64,000 nt of DNA from Octopus sinensis (Eukaryota): positions 105,028,001 to 105,092,000 of the forward strand of contig NC_043002.1 of assembly GCF_006345805.1 (NCBI RefSeq), read 5' to 3'. The notes beneath the pieces are model-generated. The model was not told the DNA's origin. It did not search any database and worked only from the letters and a program-made list of their open reading frames with translations. Each line of letters opens with the position of its first letter. Position 1 is the first letter of the stretch. Of the stretch, positions 1 to 13,794 are shown piece after piece. Position numbers and translations under genes: made by a program.

Positions 1-22
1 ATAGATAGACTGACAGACAGAC

Positions 23-93
<71 letters not shown>

Positions 94-113
94 CAGACAG
101 ATAGATATATATG

Positions 114-145
<32 letters not shown>

Positions 146-158
146 CTGACAGACAGAC

Positions 159-201
<43 letters not shown>

Positions 202-258
202 CAGACAGATAGATAGATAGGTAGATAGATAGATAGATAGATAGACTGACAGACAGAC

Positions 259-297
<39 letters not shown>

Positions 298-302
298 CAG
301 AC

Positions 303-397
<95 letters not shown>
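1..397 (+). repeat. (ATAG)n/(ACAG)n tetranucleotide microsatellite
   Basis: Direct reading: ATAG array with interspersed ACAG/ACTG variants. Confidence 0.98.
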
Positions 398-1437
398 CTG
401 GCGTGCAGGCAGAAACACGGACAGACAATCAGACGTGCAGACACGTAGACAGCGAGGTTGACAGCGAAAAATGTGTGGTGGTGGTGGTGGGAATTTTTGA
501 TTTCATAAAAAAGTTCATTGTCTATGTATTGACAGAATTATGGCTTTCTTTTTTTCTTTTGACAATATGCTGGAAAATAAGACCGAATACAGAACACACG
601 TTATCTTCAATTTTGTTCCATTTTAGAATTAATAGAAGCTTTGCAAATTTCTAAATTGTAGAGCTTATTCCGTGCAGTATTATAAATGTCTGCAATTCTA
701 GAAGGTTAAATTCACTCAAATAATTACGTAAGCATTTAACTCTATCTCCTTCCGTACACACACACACACACACACGCACACACACACACACACAAAACAC
801 ACACACACACACGCACGCACACATACATACATACATCCATGTATGTATGTGTGTAAATACATAAGTATATACATGTATATTTGCATGTGTACGTAGGCTT
901 GCTTCGCTATATAATTTGTCTACATGTCCGCTTTACACTTAGAAACCTCAAATCACTCCCCCACAATTCCATTTTATTTATCAAGCGCCATCAAGAAGCG
1001 GAGATGTGTACTATGATATTTGTTTCGAAAATGATCATTGAATTCTTCCTCAAAGCACACCCTGCTGTTGTCGGTCAAAGAGTGGGATGTAGACGAAGGA
1101 AACCGAAATGTGATAGTTTCATAATATTTCGTAACCCTCCTCTTCTCCTACTTTCTTTACTTGTCTCTTGTATGAGGGAATGAAGATAATTGGGACATGA
1201 GAACATGAGAACATAAACGGACTGAAATAGGCAAAATAATTCAGGCAGCAGAGTAATGATATGATGATAGTGGCAATATTTTTTTGTTACATCAAACTCT
1301 CCTTCCTTCATCAGTCTCTTTCTTATAATTTACTCCGTTTTCATCCCCCTCTCTCACCCTTGAATAGGGGAATGAGCGAGAGAGAGAGAGAGAGGTGAGG
1401 CAGAAAGACAAAGACAGACAGAAAGTGACACACATTG

Positions 1438-1480
<43 letters not shown>

Positions 1481-3894
1481 ATGAACGATGAGGATGTGAT
1501 AATCGTGATAATGCTAGTGTCTTCAAACTAAATGGCACAAATATACACCTTAATACGTCATTGTAAAATCCATGTCCGATATTTGCTTAATTTACTTTAC
1601 ATAGAATTCGATTTCCGAAGGAGTGTGGAGTTGGATTACGTTCAGAATACCAATCTTAGATCTATTAAACCAAGAACGAGAACTTATATGGATCACAATT
1701 GTTTTTCATTTGAAAGATTGTTGATGGGCTTCTAGCTTCTGGATTGAAATAGTCAAATTCATAAGCTATTGCAACTTTCTTTTGTACTAAGTGAACGAGG
1801 ATTATTCTTTATTTTCTTCAAATTCTATATGAAAGATTTATAAATTTATATTTACCTATTTTATTATCATAACAACATATATTAATATAATATTGGTCTC
1901 TAAATTTGCAAATGTGAGCATTTAGACTTGTTCCAAATGTTAAGCATCCTTCCATAGGTATATAGTGAAATGTATACGTATACTTGTTGTAAAGCGAAAC
2001 AGAAAAGCACATTGAAAGGATGAATTCCTTGAAAACAGCTTGCGTGATCTTTTATAAAACTTCATGATTCACATAATTCAGACCGCAGTGACTCGTGGAT
2101 ATTGCATTAAGAAACGTTTTAATTAATCTTTTCTCGAATTTGATTTCTTTCTGTTGAAAATTGCTTCAATTAATGCTAATCCAGAAAAGATTTTTAAAGT
2201 TAGTTAATTCCTTTTTTTGTAGTTTTTGTTAATTTTATACTAATTTTTGTTAAGTTACGTAAATGGTATTTTAATACTGACCGTAAAACGTTATCTATAT
2301 ATACACTGGATACGTTGGACAAACAAGAAAGTTAGAATCAAGACAGTACACGACATAATGAAGAAAATAGTTTTATTAAGCAAAAAACAAGACAGGAATA
2401 TCAACTGCCCTCAGGGAAGTTGCAGTGCTCGATATGTAGAAAATGTCGAGGCAGGAATTCCATTCGGTATACATAATGAAAAGTACATGCAAACACAAAA
2501 ACTTGCATACTCGTATGAACGCCAACAGAGCCAAATATATTTGGTAAGCTGCGGATGTACAGAAGTTATTAACTCTCGGAAAGTTAGGGAAAACTTCTCT
2601 TCAGTTCTCGGAATTCACGACTGAATTAGTTGTCAGCGCTTGTGACGTAGGTGGTGACATCAGTTGTGGAGGTGAGGCGGCGGAATGTGATGTGGTTAAA
2701 ATAAACGATAGATGGAATTCGTTACGGCGTCAGTAAACATTCATTGTGCAGCGTGCAACGTTGTAGGGCAGTAATGTATGGTCACGAAATTGAGTGACAG
2801 ATTAAACAGGAATGCTGGACGTGTGACGTTAGTCTACGTGAATAATGATCAAGAGATAAATTGAGTGATGTGGATCCTTACACAGCTTGGAGAATAGCTT
2901 GGAGAATTCAAGAAAACACAGCTTCTTTTAAAATAAAGAAAACTACTCATTTGTTTAAAGGAAAATCGTTGCAGCCATGTTCACTCAGAATATTTATGAC
3001 GTGCACACAAACCGTAAAATACTGCAGTTGTTTCCCTTGCCTCATAGCTTCAAAGTGCACGTCGACTGTTTCCAGTTGTTTACTGTTACGAATGTTGAAT
3101 CTGTAAAAATGAAGATTATTTATGTTTTTCTATGCCTTATGTAAATAAAAGACATTCACACATAATTAATACGTTTATGAACAAATCTGCCGATAGCTTT
3201 TCATTTCACTGAATTAGTTAATCAGCTTTTTCAAAAATCTCTTGCTTTCCGTACCGCAGCTCGTCCCAAATCTCCATTCTAAGAGTGCGGAGAGTTGGTT
3301 TCCACTCAAGATACCAACACTCCGACAAATAAAAAACTTTCTAGTGGGTTAGAGGCTACCAAGCTGTCCTTAAAGCCGCTCAGACGCACTCTTTCACACG
3401 CACACGCTTATATATCGCTGTGTGGTGGTTACGTCCCCTGTCAGTGCATAGACATATGCTGTTTGTAGGTATAATCCTCAGTGACTTTTAGCGACAATTC
3501 AAATTTTCCTCTTTGGTTGTATATTGCGTCTAGTCATCATTATTATTTGATATGTATGTGTGCGTGCACTGCGCACGCGCGTGTGTGTATGCATATATTT
3601 GCGTGGGCATATCTTGGTAATTCTTTATTGTAATTGTTACATATGTTTCCATACGTAATCGGCAACCCATGATGTTACGATACATGTACAACTAGCAGAC
3701 GCAGATGATAGGGCAAAGATGGAGCGAAGATATCACCGGACAATTGCTAAACAAGTATATATATATATCTATATATATCTATATGACTACGAAGTATGGT
3801 GGTTTAGATCACAGGTGATCTAAACGGTTAGGTACGCTAGGTAAGTGTTGTTATGAATTACTGGGGTTTCAAGGCTATAGCTGAGACGGTGGTT

Positions 3895-4402
3895 ATGGAG
3901 CCGTTGCAGGATATAGTAGCGTAGACAATTTACAATGCTATCCGTAGGAAGGACTGCTCCGACGTACATCAAATGTATGTTAGAACGAGTATGTTCTGAT
4001 ATGCCTTTATAAACAAGAAATATTGATGAAACACACCTGGAAGAAGAAGCATTTCGTTGCAAGCATAACGGACTTCATATTGTGCTGTGAAGCAGGGAAT
4101 CAAAGACAAGCACACCTGTAGAATCCAACAGTCCGGCGGATGTGAATGTACAATGAAATGTCCAAGAAAAGGACAATATTTATGCCGATTTAATGCGGAG
4201 CTCACAGCACTTGTACTCTGGCTATGAATTCTCGTTTGCACCTATCATGAAGCGTACATTTTTTAATGTACCAAAAGATTCACAGAAGAACCTATGAATA
4301 TTAAGATAATTCTAAGAAAGTGTAAAAGAAAACAAAGTAGATTCTCCAAATCCAATTTATTAGTGGAAAAATAAGATTTGTAAGAGATTCCAAAGATTCG
4401 CC
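3895..4402 (+). mobile_element. 3' fragment of an RLE-type (R4/Dong-like) non-LTR retrotransposon, decayed
   Basis: Reading through stops/frameshifts gives QDIVA*TIYNAIRRKD (RHD-like region), KHNGLHIVL*SRE...SPADVNVQ*NVQEKDNIYADLMR...YEFSFAPI (PD-D/E-type endonuclease) and a C-terminus ...KICKRFQRF. These align with the 59.6-61.9 kb element (SADVNIELKISEKEDNYAELMR; LQMQSITGTVKICKIFQKF). Confidence 0.85.
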
Positions 4403-5007
4403 ACCTGAGAATCTATAGATTAGAGACAAACATTTGGGTGTATGCGTCGACAATTCAACCAACACAACAGATCAACCTCACATTTACAAACACCGGGAAC
4501 CTCTTAACTAAAGCTCTTCTGTCGCTTTGTTAGCAACATGTTTGAAATCTCTCAAGAGAAAATTGAATAAAGCTCCAAGGAGAACATGAGTGTTGAGGGT
4601 GATATATATATGTGAATATCTCTTCGATATTTCTTTGGTATTTCTTTGATATGGTACTTATTTACGAAACTCTCGTTTCTTGTGTCAGTGTTTACATTTA
4701 CTTCTATTTGAACACGTTTCAGCTACGCAGGCAGCAGAAATGGTTGAACCTGAATGTGAAGCTGTACCCTTCTTTTTGCCCTCTCCTCCATTTTATTTCC
4801 CATAGGTTGTAGCATTTCATATTACCGCCCTTATTTTCTACGGCTGCTGTTTCATGTGTAGGAGTTGTCTGACACGTCTACTTCCTATCGTCAAATCTTC
4901 TTATCTGCTATCATCGAGAGTAGAATCTCCACCATTTTGTTTACTTTCCTTTATTCCTTTCTGTGGACCTATCTGAAAATTCTGCCGAGTATAAATAACA
5001 ATATATC

Positions 5008-5008
5008 A

Positions 5009-5087
<79 letters not shown>
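5008..5087. repeat. (TA)n microsatellite (one of many in the window)
   Basis: Direct reading. Similar (TA)n/(CA)n/(TGTA)n tracts occur at e.g. 5436-5567, 6243-6315, 7099-7222, 9930-10320, 11140-11455, 12600-13050, 20570-20830, 30357-30439, 36207-36300 and 49010-49400. Confidence 0.95.
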
Positions 5088-5089
<2 letters not shown>

Positions 5090-5432
5090 TCATATTTTCG
5101 GTATTTTTTTCTTTTAAGATCACCAAACCTTTATGAATGTTCGTGTATGTGTGTGTATGCATGTGTGTCTATGGGTATGTGCATACATACATACATGCAT
5201 CACGTCTACCTTGTTTATGCTGTCGGAACTCACGTGAATGAGCTTTATATTCAGGCTAGAAACAAAATATTCCTCTATTGGTGACACACTCGGAAAATAA
5301 AACCAGGAAACGATAGATACAAAGAAAGGATTAATGGATGGAAGGATAAATGGATACAAGTGAATACGAAGTAGCGCCGATGGTTGGATGTGTCATACTC
5401 TGTGTTGTGAAAACCACCCTCGGCTCAACTTC

Positions 5433-5475
<43 letters not shown>

Positions 5476-5879
5476 ATAGATAGATATATATACATATATA
5501 TATATACATACATATATATATATATGTATATATATATAAGTGTATATATATATATATATATATATATTCATAGCCACATACACACATATATGTATTTATA
5601 TATGTGAGTGTGTGTGTATGTGTGTGGCGCGTGCATTTGTCCGTGTGTATGCGTGCGTGTGCGTCTGTATATACGATGTGGCGGAATATATGTCAGTGTA
5701 CATGTTTATTCGTGCCTCTAGGTATTTATATATACATATGTACTTTCTCGTGTTATATACATACTATATTATATTTACATATATTCTTTTATTAATATAT
5801 TTATACACAGTTCTACACAGCTTAAGTGTTACATATTGCCAAACAGCAGCTGACAGTTTTCACCTTCAACTTTATCTAG

Positions 5880-6170
5880 AAAAAAGATCTTTGGTAAAAG
5901 AAGCCGAGAAAGAAAGCGTAGTCAGATAAATTATACTGGAAGCAGAGTTATAACACAATTAAGGAACGGTGAAATATCACAGAAAGTTGTATTTTGGAAC
6001 TAAGATATTCCATTGGAATGTTTCAAGCTGTTGGCTATGTAGGCGAATTTCTATTTTGTTCTGTAGCTCGGAAATATGTCCCGGGGTTGGCTCGGAGAGA
6101 AAGAGCTATTATATTGCACGAATGTAGATACACACCCCAGCAATTTCCACATATAAGCGGTGATGAATAT
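5880..6170 (+). mobile_element. Possible very decayed RLE-LINE zinc-knuckle fragment
   Basis: Weak similarity only (...SSCWLCRR...ICPG/LARRE) to the CRxC...CPxLAxxE motif; many stops. Confidence 0.25.
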
Positions 6171-6240
6171 AAAAATATAAAAATAGACACTTATGTATAT
6201 GTGAAATATGTATCTGTGTCTCTGGATGTAATGTATACCA

Positions 6241-6309
<69 letters not shown>

Positions 6310-6532
6310 ATATACATTCTTATATACAAAGGGAAATGGAGAAATGTAAAGTGGGGGAAGAATCATTGAACGATAGACAGGTGTAAATCCGCAAAAAATG
6401 ACACTGAGAACGTTTGGAGATTATTTATAAACACACATCCACACACATAAACATACACACATAAACACACACACACACACACACTTACACGCAAATACAC
6501 TGGCGCAACGAGAGACAGACAGACATACATAC

Positions 6533-6579
<47 letters not shown>

Positions 6580-6938
6580 GATTCTTTAATGGCCACACAG
6601 GGCTGAACACATAGGGGACAAAATACAAAGTTGGCGTTCAGATCTATGGGTACTGATGATAAAATCTGAGTGAATGCGTTTCTGAATACTTTGCGTATGT
6701 TTGTCGTATTGTCCACGGATGTAAAACTGTGAAAATTCTGTGCTCAAATTCCCTCAACTACCACCCGAGTGAACGCAGGGGTTGCGAACCCCTTTAGTCG
6801 ATATCGTATTTCGGAAGTCTTTGATGACTTTACACGTCAGTTTTAATATGAATGACCGAAGAGGGAGGAAAGAGTTCAGTTTCAATACATATCCACGTAT
6901 ATGTTATGCTTACCAAGCGTTAAAAGTTGGGACCCATA

Positions 6939-7094
6939 GGCACAAGAGTGGCAGTGTGGTAAGTAGCTTCTTTACCAACTACTTGGTTCCGGGTTCAGTC
7001 CCAATGCGTGGTACCTTGGGCAAGTCACTATAGACTCGGGCCGACTAAAGCATTGTGAGTGGATTGGGTAGACGGAAGGTGAAAGAAGCCCGTC

Positions 7095-7168
<74 letters not shown>

Positions 7169-7193
7169 TATATGTATATATGTATTATGTATG

Positions 7194-7225
<32 letters not shown>

Positions 7226-7450
7226 CTTGTTTTTGTCTGTGTTTGGCCCCCACCACCATCGTGTAACAACCGATGATGGTGCGTTTAAGTCCCCGTAACT
7301 TAGCGGTTAGACAAAAGTGACCGATAGAATAAGTACTAGGCTTACAAAGAATAAGTCCCGGGGTCGATTTGCTCGACTAAAGGCGGTGCTCCAGCATGGC
7401 CGCAGTCAAATGACTGAAACAAGTAAAGGAATAAAAGAATAAAAGAATAA
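6939..7450 (+). mobile_element. tRNA-derived SINE, abundant family with internal (TA)n(TG)n and (GAATAAAA)n tail
   Basis: A-box-like TGGCAGTGTGG, B-box-like GGTTCAGTCCC and CORE-like CCTTGGGCAAGT; near-identical copies at 30652-31048 (-) and 36301-36720 (+). Confidence 0.9.
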
Positions 7451-8305
7451 CGATGGTGAGTGGTCCAAAGAATAGCAATACTGAATTTAATCGACAGTGA
7501 TTCTTGCGCGAACTTAGCTGAAATCACTTTGGTATGAGTCTTGCAAAAACCCAAACAATATAAAACAAGTATTGCCGAAAAGAGAAATATGTAATATGAT
7601 GTATTATAAGTTGGTTCTTTTTTTCCAGTAAAGAAAATACAATTATATTTGAAACACGTTTGAAAATCGTTGTAGGAGAAAGTATTTTGAAAATACATAG
7701 AGAAAGCACTTTGTAGGCATGCCGCATCTTTCAGTTTTTACAGCCGTTAATATAGAAACAGCCTAACCTACACCCCACCCTTGCTCTCCCCATATCGCCT
7801 GCCTCACCTCCTAACACCGTTACACCACACCACACACCACTACACCATACACCACCATACCACAAAACACATCGCATCACACCACCACGCACACATTAGG
7901 ATTCACCGCTTCCCAGCGCCGCCCCATTATATACACACCTACACATACACAAACGCACACGTCAAGGTCAACAGCCCTCTTCCACACGCACATACATACT
8001 CTCTTATACACACGCACGCGCACCTTCATTTTGGGTCACCACTACATTATTATCTCCCCTTCTTCCTAGCTCTCCTGTGTGACCCTTCTGTCCGGCATTC
8101 GCCATGATAAATCGCTAGCCACTACACATCCTTTCTTTTCTCTCCTTGTTTTTTTTTCTGTATCTCTGTCTGTCAAGAGAGTAGGCACGAAAATGTTAAA
8201 GACTTTTCATTACCCGAGCGTTAACTAATACATCTGTTTGTTGTCTACACACACACAAAAACACACATACACACAAACAAACATGTACATGGTATATAAT
8301 ACTAC

Positions 8306-8346
<41 letters not shown>

Positions 8347-9528
8347 AGTCTCCCTATATATACATATAATATACATATATACATATACATATACTTATTG
8401 GCAAGGAAGTATAGGGAGTGTCCTGGATTACATGAATAATATTTAAAGGATTAAATAAAAAGCATACAACCAACAGAAGCTTTAAACAAAATCATAGCAT
8501 AAGAAAAATTTGACAAAATCATAGCAGACCGAAAATTCAAATCTGATTCCACATCAATGTTTAAGAGATCATAATGGCTTCGCGCTTTTAAATTTGATAC
8601 CACTCCGTCTCGGCAACGCCAGAGCAGAAACCCACCGAAGATAGCTAACGAATATATAAGACAAGGAGTAAAGCAAATACGACAAACTATGATAATATAA
8701 CAATTGTACGCATACGAAAATTAAAATAATTATTCATAGACAAGAGAATAGGCCCTACGGCCGTCAAACAGGCGACTGTGGGTAACCGAAGAGTGGAATG
8801 GAAAATGTATCAAGTGACAGTAGGCCTAAGAAGGCTGCAGCAAGTATTTCAGACAAGCGTGACCGATCTGGCCTAAGGCAAGACTAAAACGAACGACGCC
8901 GCCTTAGGGCGACACCGGTCACGTGGTAGTGGGAGGAGAGAGGGAGAGTTGTGAAAGGCGGAGTGACTGAAGAAACGGAGGACAGTAAGAAAGAGGGAAA
9001 GAGAGAAAGATTGAGAGGGAAGAAAAAATGTAAAAGAGACGCAAAGAAATGGGTGTTCTTAGATGTCACACAACATATATTCAAAGAATATTTTTATAAT
9101 TAAGTTAAGAAATATTAGCAGTGCGTTGCGTTACATGAATTATATTTCAAGGAAGAGATGAAAAGAACACAACAAACGAAAAATCCATCCAAACATAAGA
9201 AACAGAAAAACTGACAAAGCAATAACACGTGGAAGACTCGCAGCTGATTCCTCATCATTTAATGTTGAAGAGATCGTAATAACTCCGCGCTTTTAACATT
9301 GATACGACCCCCGTCTTGACCTAAGTATATATGTATGCATATATGATTGTTTAGCGTGTGTGGGTGTGTGCAAAGGAAATAACATTCAATGTTGAATATT
9401 AAATGCTAGAAGTTTACACATTCACTTAGTATCATTTATTTTCTTTGAAACAGCTGTAAGACCGCTTTTCTATTTATCAATGTCCTAGGAATATCAAATT
9501 GCCTCGGCTTTCTTATGATGTTTTATTT

Positions 9529-9816
9529 CACATATTCACGCTCACATCCGAACTCCTTAGACTCCCTAATCATGCTATTATTGAACCTGAGCTTAACAAT
9601 GGTCCTTCCGTAATACTAATACAGCTATATTTGCCTTTTCGGTCGTCTGGATACCAAAGCGTCTCATATTATATTTGAGATGTTTCGGTATCCAGACGAC
9701 TGAAAAGGCAAAGTAGAGCTATGTAAGTATAACGGAAGGACCGCTGTTAAGCTTCCGGTCCAATAATGGCATGATTAGGGAGTCTAAGGAAGTCCGCGTG
9801 TGAGCGTGAATATGTG
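9529..9816. repeat. Long foldback (about 140-bp imperfect arms, 9-nt loop), MITE-like
   Basis: 9529-9666 is the reverse complement of 9676-9816 with scattered mismatches (e.g. ggtccttccg...tttgccttttcggtcgtctggatacc versus ggtatccagacgactgaaaaggcaaa...cggaaggacc). Confidence 0.85.
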
Positions 9817-10190
9817 TGTGTGAGTGAGTGTGTGTGTGTGTGTGTGCGTGTGTGTGTGTGTGTATTGGTAGATAATAGGACAGATAGAGGTTTCGAGGAA
9901 TTATATATACGTATATATATTAGATATGCAGAGAGAAGTATGTAAAAAGTTGGATATCTATACAATAGGTATGTGTGTGTGTATATATGCATATATAAAT
10001 ACCCATACTTATATATGCATGCACATATATACATATATATACACATGCATATCTATATATATACACATATATATGTCTATATATATATGCATACATGTAT
10101 ACACACATAATACATACATAGCTATATATATATATACATATACATACATAATACATACATAGCTATATATATAATATATATATACATATA

Positions 10191-10233
<43 letters not shown>

Positions 10234-10244
10234 TTATATTATAT

Positions 10245-10295
<51 letters not shown>

Positions 10296-10319
10296 TATAT
10301 ATATACATATATATATGTA

Positions 10320-11110
10320 TATACCTTTATACATATAAATATATTTACACAGACGTGCATGCTCTGACACACATACACACACAAATATACATTATGCTAT
10401 ATATATATATATTTAAACCACACACCCACAACTATTCAGAGTGTACAATTGCACAAATGCATAAATGGTCTGGCGCAGAAACAGTCATGAAGACACTGAA
10501 AAAAAAAAATAAACACATACGTACATACAGATACTGGCAACAGACAAGCAAACACACACACACATATATATTATATCTAGGCACGTATATCGATATGTAC
10601 ATTTATAAATATATATGTATATATATATATATAATATATATTATATATATTATATATATTATATATATATATATATACATATATATACACATGCATATCT
10701 ATATATATACATATATATATGTATATATATATATATTTAAACCACACACCCACAACTATTCAGAGTGTACAATTGCACAAATGCATAAATGGTCTGGCGC
10801 AGAAACAGTCATGAAGACACTGAAAAAAAAAAAATAAACACATACGTACATACAGATACTGGCAACAGACAAGCAAACACACACACACAAATACACACGC
10901 ATACAAACACACAAACACACACATACAAGCACAAACATACAAGCACACACATACAAGCACAAACACACACACACATATATATTATATCTAGGCACGTATA
11001 TCGATATGTACATTTATAAATATATATGTATATACCTTTATACATATAAATATATTTACACAGACGTGCATGCTCTGACACACATACACACACAAATATA
11101 CATTATGCTA
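10320..11110 (+). repeat. Tandemly duplicated non-microsatellite blocks (order A-B-C-B-C-A)
   Basis: Block aaaccacacacccacaactattcagag... at about 10414 and 10739; block ttatatctaggcacgtatatcg at about 10570 and 10982; block tacctttatacatataaatat at about 10322 and 11032. Confidence 0.85.
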
Positions 11111-11133
11111 TATATATATATATATAAATATAA

Positions 11134-11168
<35 letters not shown>

Positions 11169-11384
11169 TGTATGTATGTATGTATGTATGTATGTATGTA
11201 TGTATGTAGGTATATATATATATATATATATACATATATATATTGTGTGTGTGCGTGTGCGTGTATATCTATATATACGTATACGTGTATATATTCTTAC
11301 ACACGGTAACATGCCTTTGTACATATATGTGTGTAAATATTTGTAAATATACATATATGTACGCATGCGTATCTACATCCGCAT

Positions 11385-11459
<75 letters not shown>

Positions 11460-12355
11460 CAATACACGCCGAATGTTGTTGGTAAAGTTTGGAACTGAAA
11501 TTTTCCGTTTCCCATTGTGATACACGTTAAATGTGATACAGTTCTTATGCATGTTCTGCTCCTCAAAATCTCTCCAGACGTGGTCTTTCTAGCGTCACTC
11601 ACACGTTTTACTCCTAAACACTAATTCTTCTTCACTTTGTTTATTTAATCTATTTTGTTTTTCAGTTTACGCTTTCCTTTTATTGCGCTATAATTGTGTG
11701 TCTGCTGTTTTTCTCACTGTTTCACTTACTCTTCTTGTTGCTGTTTGCTTCATCTTTGTTAGCCGTTGGTTTGCATGTTGCTGCGTTATTCATTCACATT
11801 TCATCAGCATTATATTCGTGTTTAGTGTGAATATTTTTAATCGTACTTTTTCCTTGTTTTACAACGAGTCATCTCTTATTGAGTTGACTTTTGATCAAAG
11901 TTGTTCCAGTCAGAAACATACAGTATTTTTGTGTAATTTTAACTACCGTGACTTTCCTTGTTTCAAGAATTCCTGATGTTATTGGTGAGAGATTTGGTTT
12001 CAATTTCCAGCAAGTTTATCGAACCACGAGTGTTTACATGTGTCTGTGATTGTCATGCTGACAATGGTAATAGCGAAATGTTAAACAAATGGCAATATAA
12101 TCCTTTATATTTACACACACATGCACATACACAGACACATTCATTCACGACCATGTTCATATAAATGTATATAAAATATTCTAAAATAATAGGTTATACA
12201 CATGTATTCACTTTCATAGGCTTACAGCTGTTTCGGATATACACATGTCTGCGTTTGTGATTCAGCCTTATGAATACAACAAATGAGCGACTGAAAATTG
12301 AAGGTTGAACACTCCTGGTTTTCTTACCACATACACCATCCGAAAAAATTCCAAA

Positions 12356-12592
12356 TTTTATTTAATTTGCTTTGCGGGAAGGACAGATAACATGATGTCG
12401 TGTATTGTCCTTACCTTCGTGACGCGGAGTAGATGAAACAGGGATATCTCATGAAAAGAATCTTTTTTTATGTTGCATGTATTGGTTCTCTGTTTGTTTC
12501 TTGGTTGTTCGAAAAAAATTTATTTTCTGTTTTTGTTTTCATGCTTTCGTTTCTTATTGTGTCTTCGTATTTTTTATGTCCTGTACTCATAT
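12356..12592 (+). mobile_element. Decayed copy of the repeat at 22447-22675, with a degenerate permuted hammerhead motif at 12399-12457
   Basis: Shared blocks ttttatttaatt, ggaaggac, gtcgtgt, tgtccttaccttcg, ggga-a-ct-atgaa and tgtcctgtactca in the same order and spacing. Confidence 0.7.
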
Positions 12593-12954
12593 ATCCATGT
12601 ATGTATACATATATATGTAGGTATGTACATATATATATGTAATATGCATATACTTATATATATAATACAATATATATTATATATCAATATAATACATATA
12701 TCTATATATATATATAGATATAGATATATTATATATATATATACCTACCTATATATTATTTATATATATACCTGGTATACATATATATATATATATATAT
12801 ATGTATATAGATGTATATATATATATATCTAAATACCTACATATATATATTTTTTATATATATACCTGTATACATATTATATTTATATATATATATATAT
12901 TTATATATATACATACATATATATATTTATATATATACATACATATCTGTATAT

Positions 12955-12998
<44 letters not shown>

Positions 12999-13374
12999 TA
13001 TATGTATGTATGGATGGATGGATGGATGTATGTATGTATGGATATAGGTATATGGGTATATGTATACATCAATGTGTCTGTTGTGGGTATGTTTACACGG
13101 TCTGATTCCGCTTTATTTATGTTATTCTATATTTTGCCCTTTCTTTCTTAACCTCCCTATTTTCAAATTAATTAATTAATCACGTGATTCACCAGCCATG
13201 CATTTTTTTTTATCGAATTTCCGTAAATTGCAATACGTTCTCAAACAATTGAGTAAATTCAAAATTTAGAAACCATTTAAAGAAGAGTCATGCACGAAAC
13301 AATCACCCCTTGTGATATTTTAGATACATTTGCATAAAAATATTTATACATTTCTATGTCCATATATGTATATA

Positions 13375-13701
13375 GGCGCATGGCTCAGTGGTTAGAGCGT
13401 CGAGCTTACGATCGTGAGGTTGTGAGCTCGAATCCCGGACCGGGCTGCGGTTGTGTTCTTGAGCAAGGCACTTTATTTCACGTTGCTCCAGTTCACTCAG
13501 CTGTAGAAATGAGTTGCGACGTCACTGGTGCCAAGCGGTATCGACCTTTGTCTTTCCCTGGATAACACTGGTGGCGTGGAGAGGGGAGCTGTATGCATGG
13601 GCGACTGCTGGTTTCCATAAACAACCTCGCCCGGACTTGTGTCTAGGAGGTTAACTTTCTAGGTGCAATCCTATGCTCTGTGTCGTGACCGAAGGGGGTC
13701 T
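13375..13701 (+). mobile_element. tRNA-derived CORE-type SINE
   Basis: A box TGGCTCAGTGG, B-box-like GCTCGAATCCC, then TCTTGAGCAAGGCACTT...CCAGTTCACTCAGCTGTAGAAATGAG, which resembles the CORE domain of MIR-like SINEs. Confidence 0.85.
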
Positions 13702-13794
13702 CCGATATGTATATATCTGTTTTTACTGCGTACATGTTGTATGTATCTACTGTTATATGATTGCGGCGCCACATTCTCTTCAATTTTTTTATTT

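Noticed and set aside
1003-1062. Minus-strand HHR-like arrangement (GTGTG-CTTTGAGGA...GAAAC...GTA-CACAT)
   Set aside because: The core has a 2-nt insertion and stem III is only 2 bp, so it is compatible with chance.
8160-8205. Relic HHR (tcaagag...cgaaaatgtt) in a repeat tail
   Set aside because: Both core halves are mutated; kept only as a possible decayed pLTR, not called as a feature.
12218-12270. GAAACAGCTGTA half-hammerhead (minus strand; a similar one at about 9449 on plus)
   Set aside because: The palindromic stem III and GTA are present, but there is no CTGANGA core upstream.
13375-13450. tRNA-like sequences (also 29476, 52592, 6939)
   Set aside because: They lack a complete cloverleaf or acceptor stem and run into SINE bodies, so they are SINE heads and not tRNA genes.
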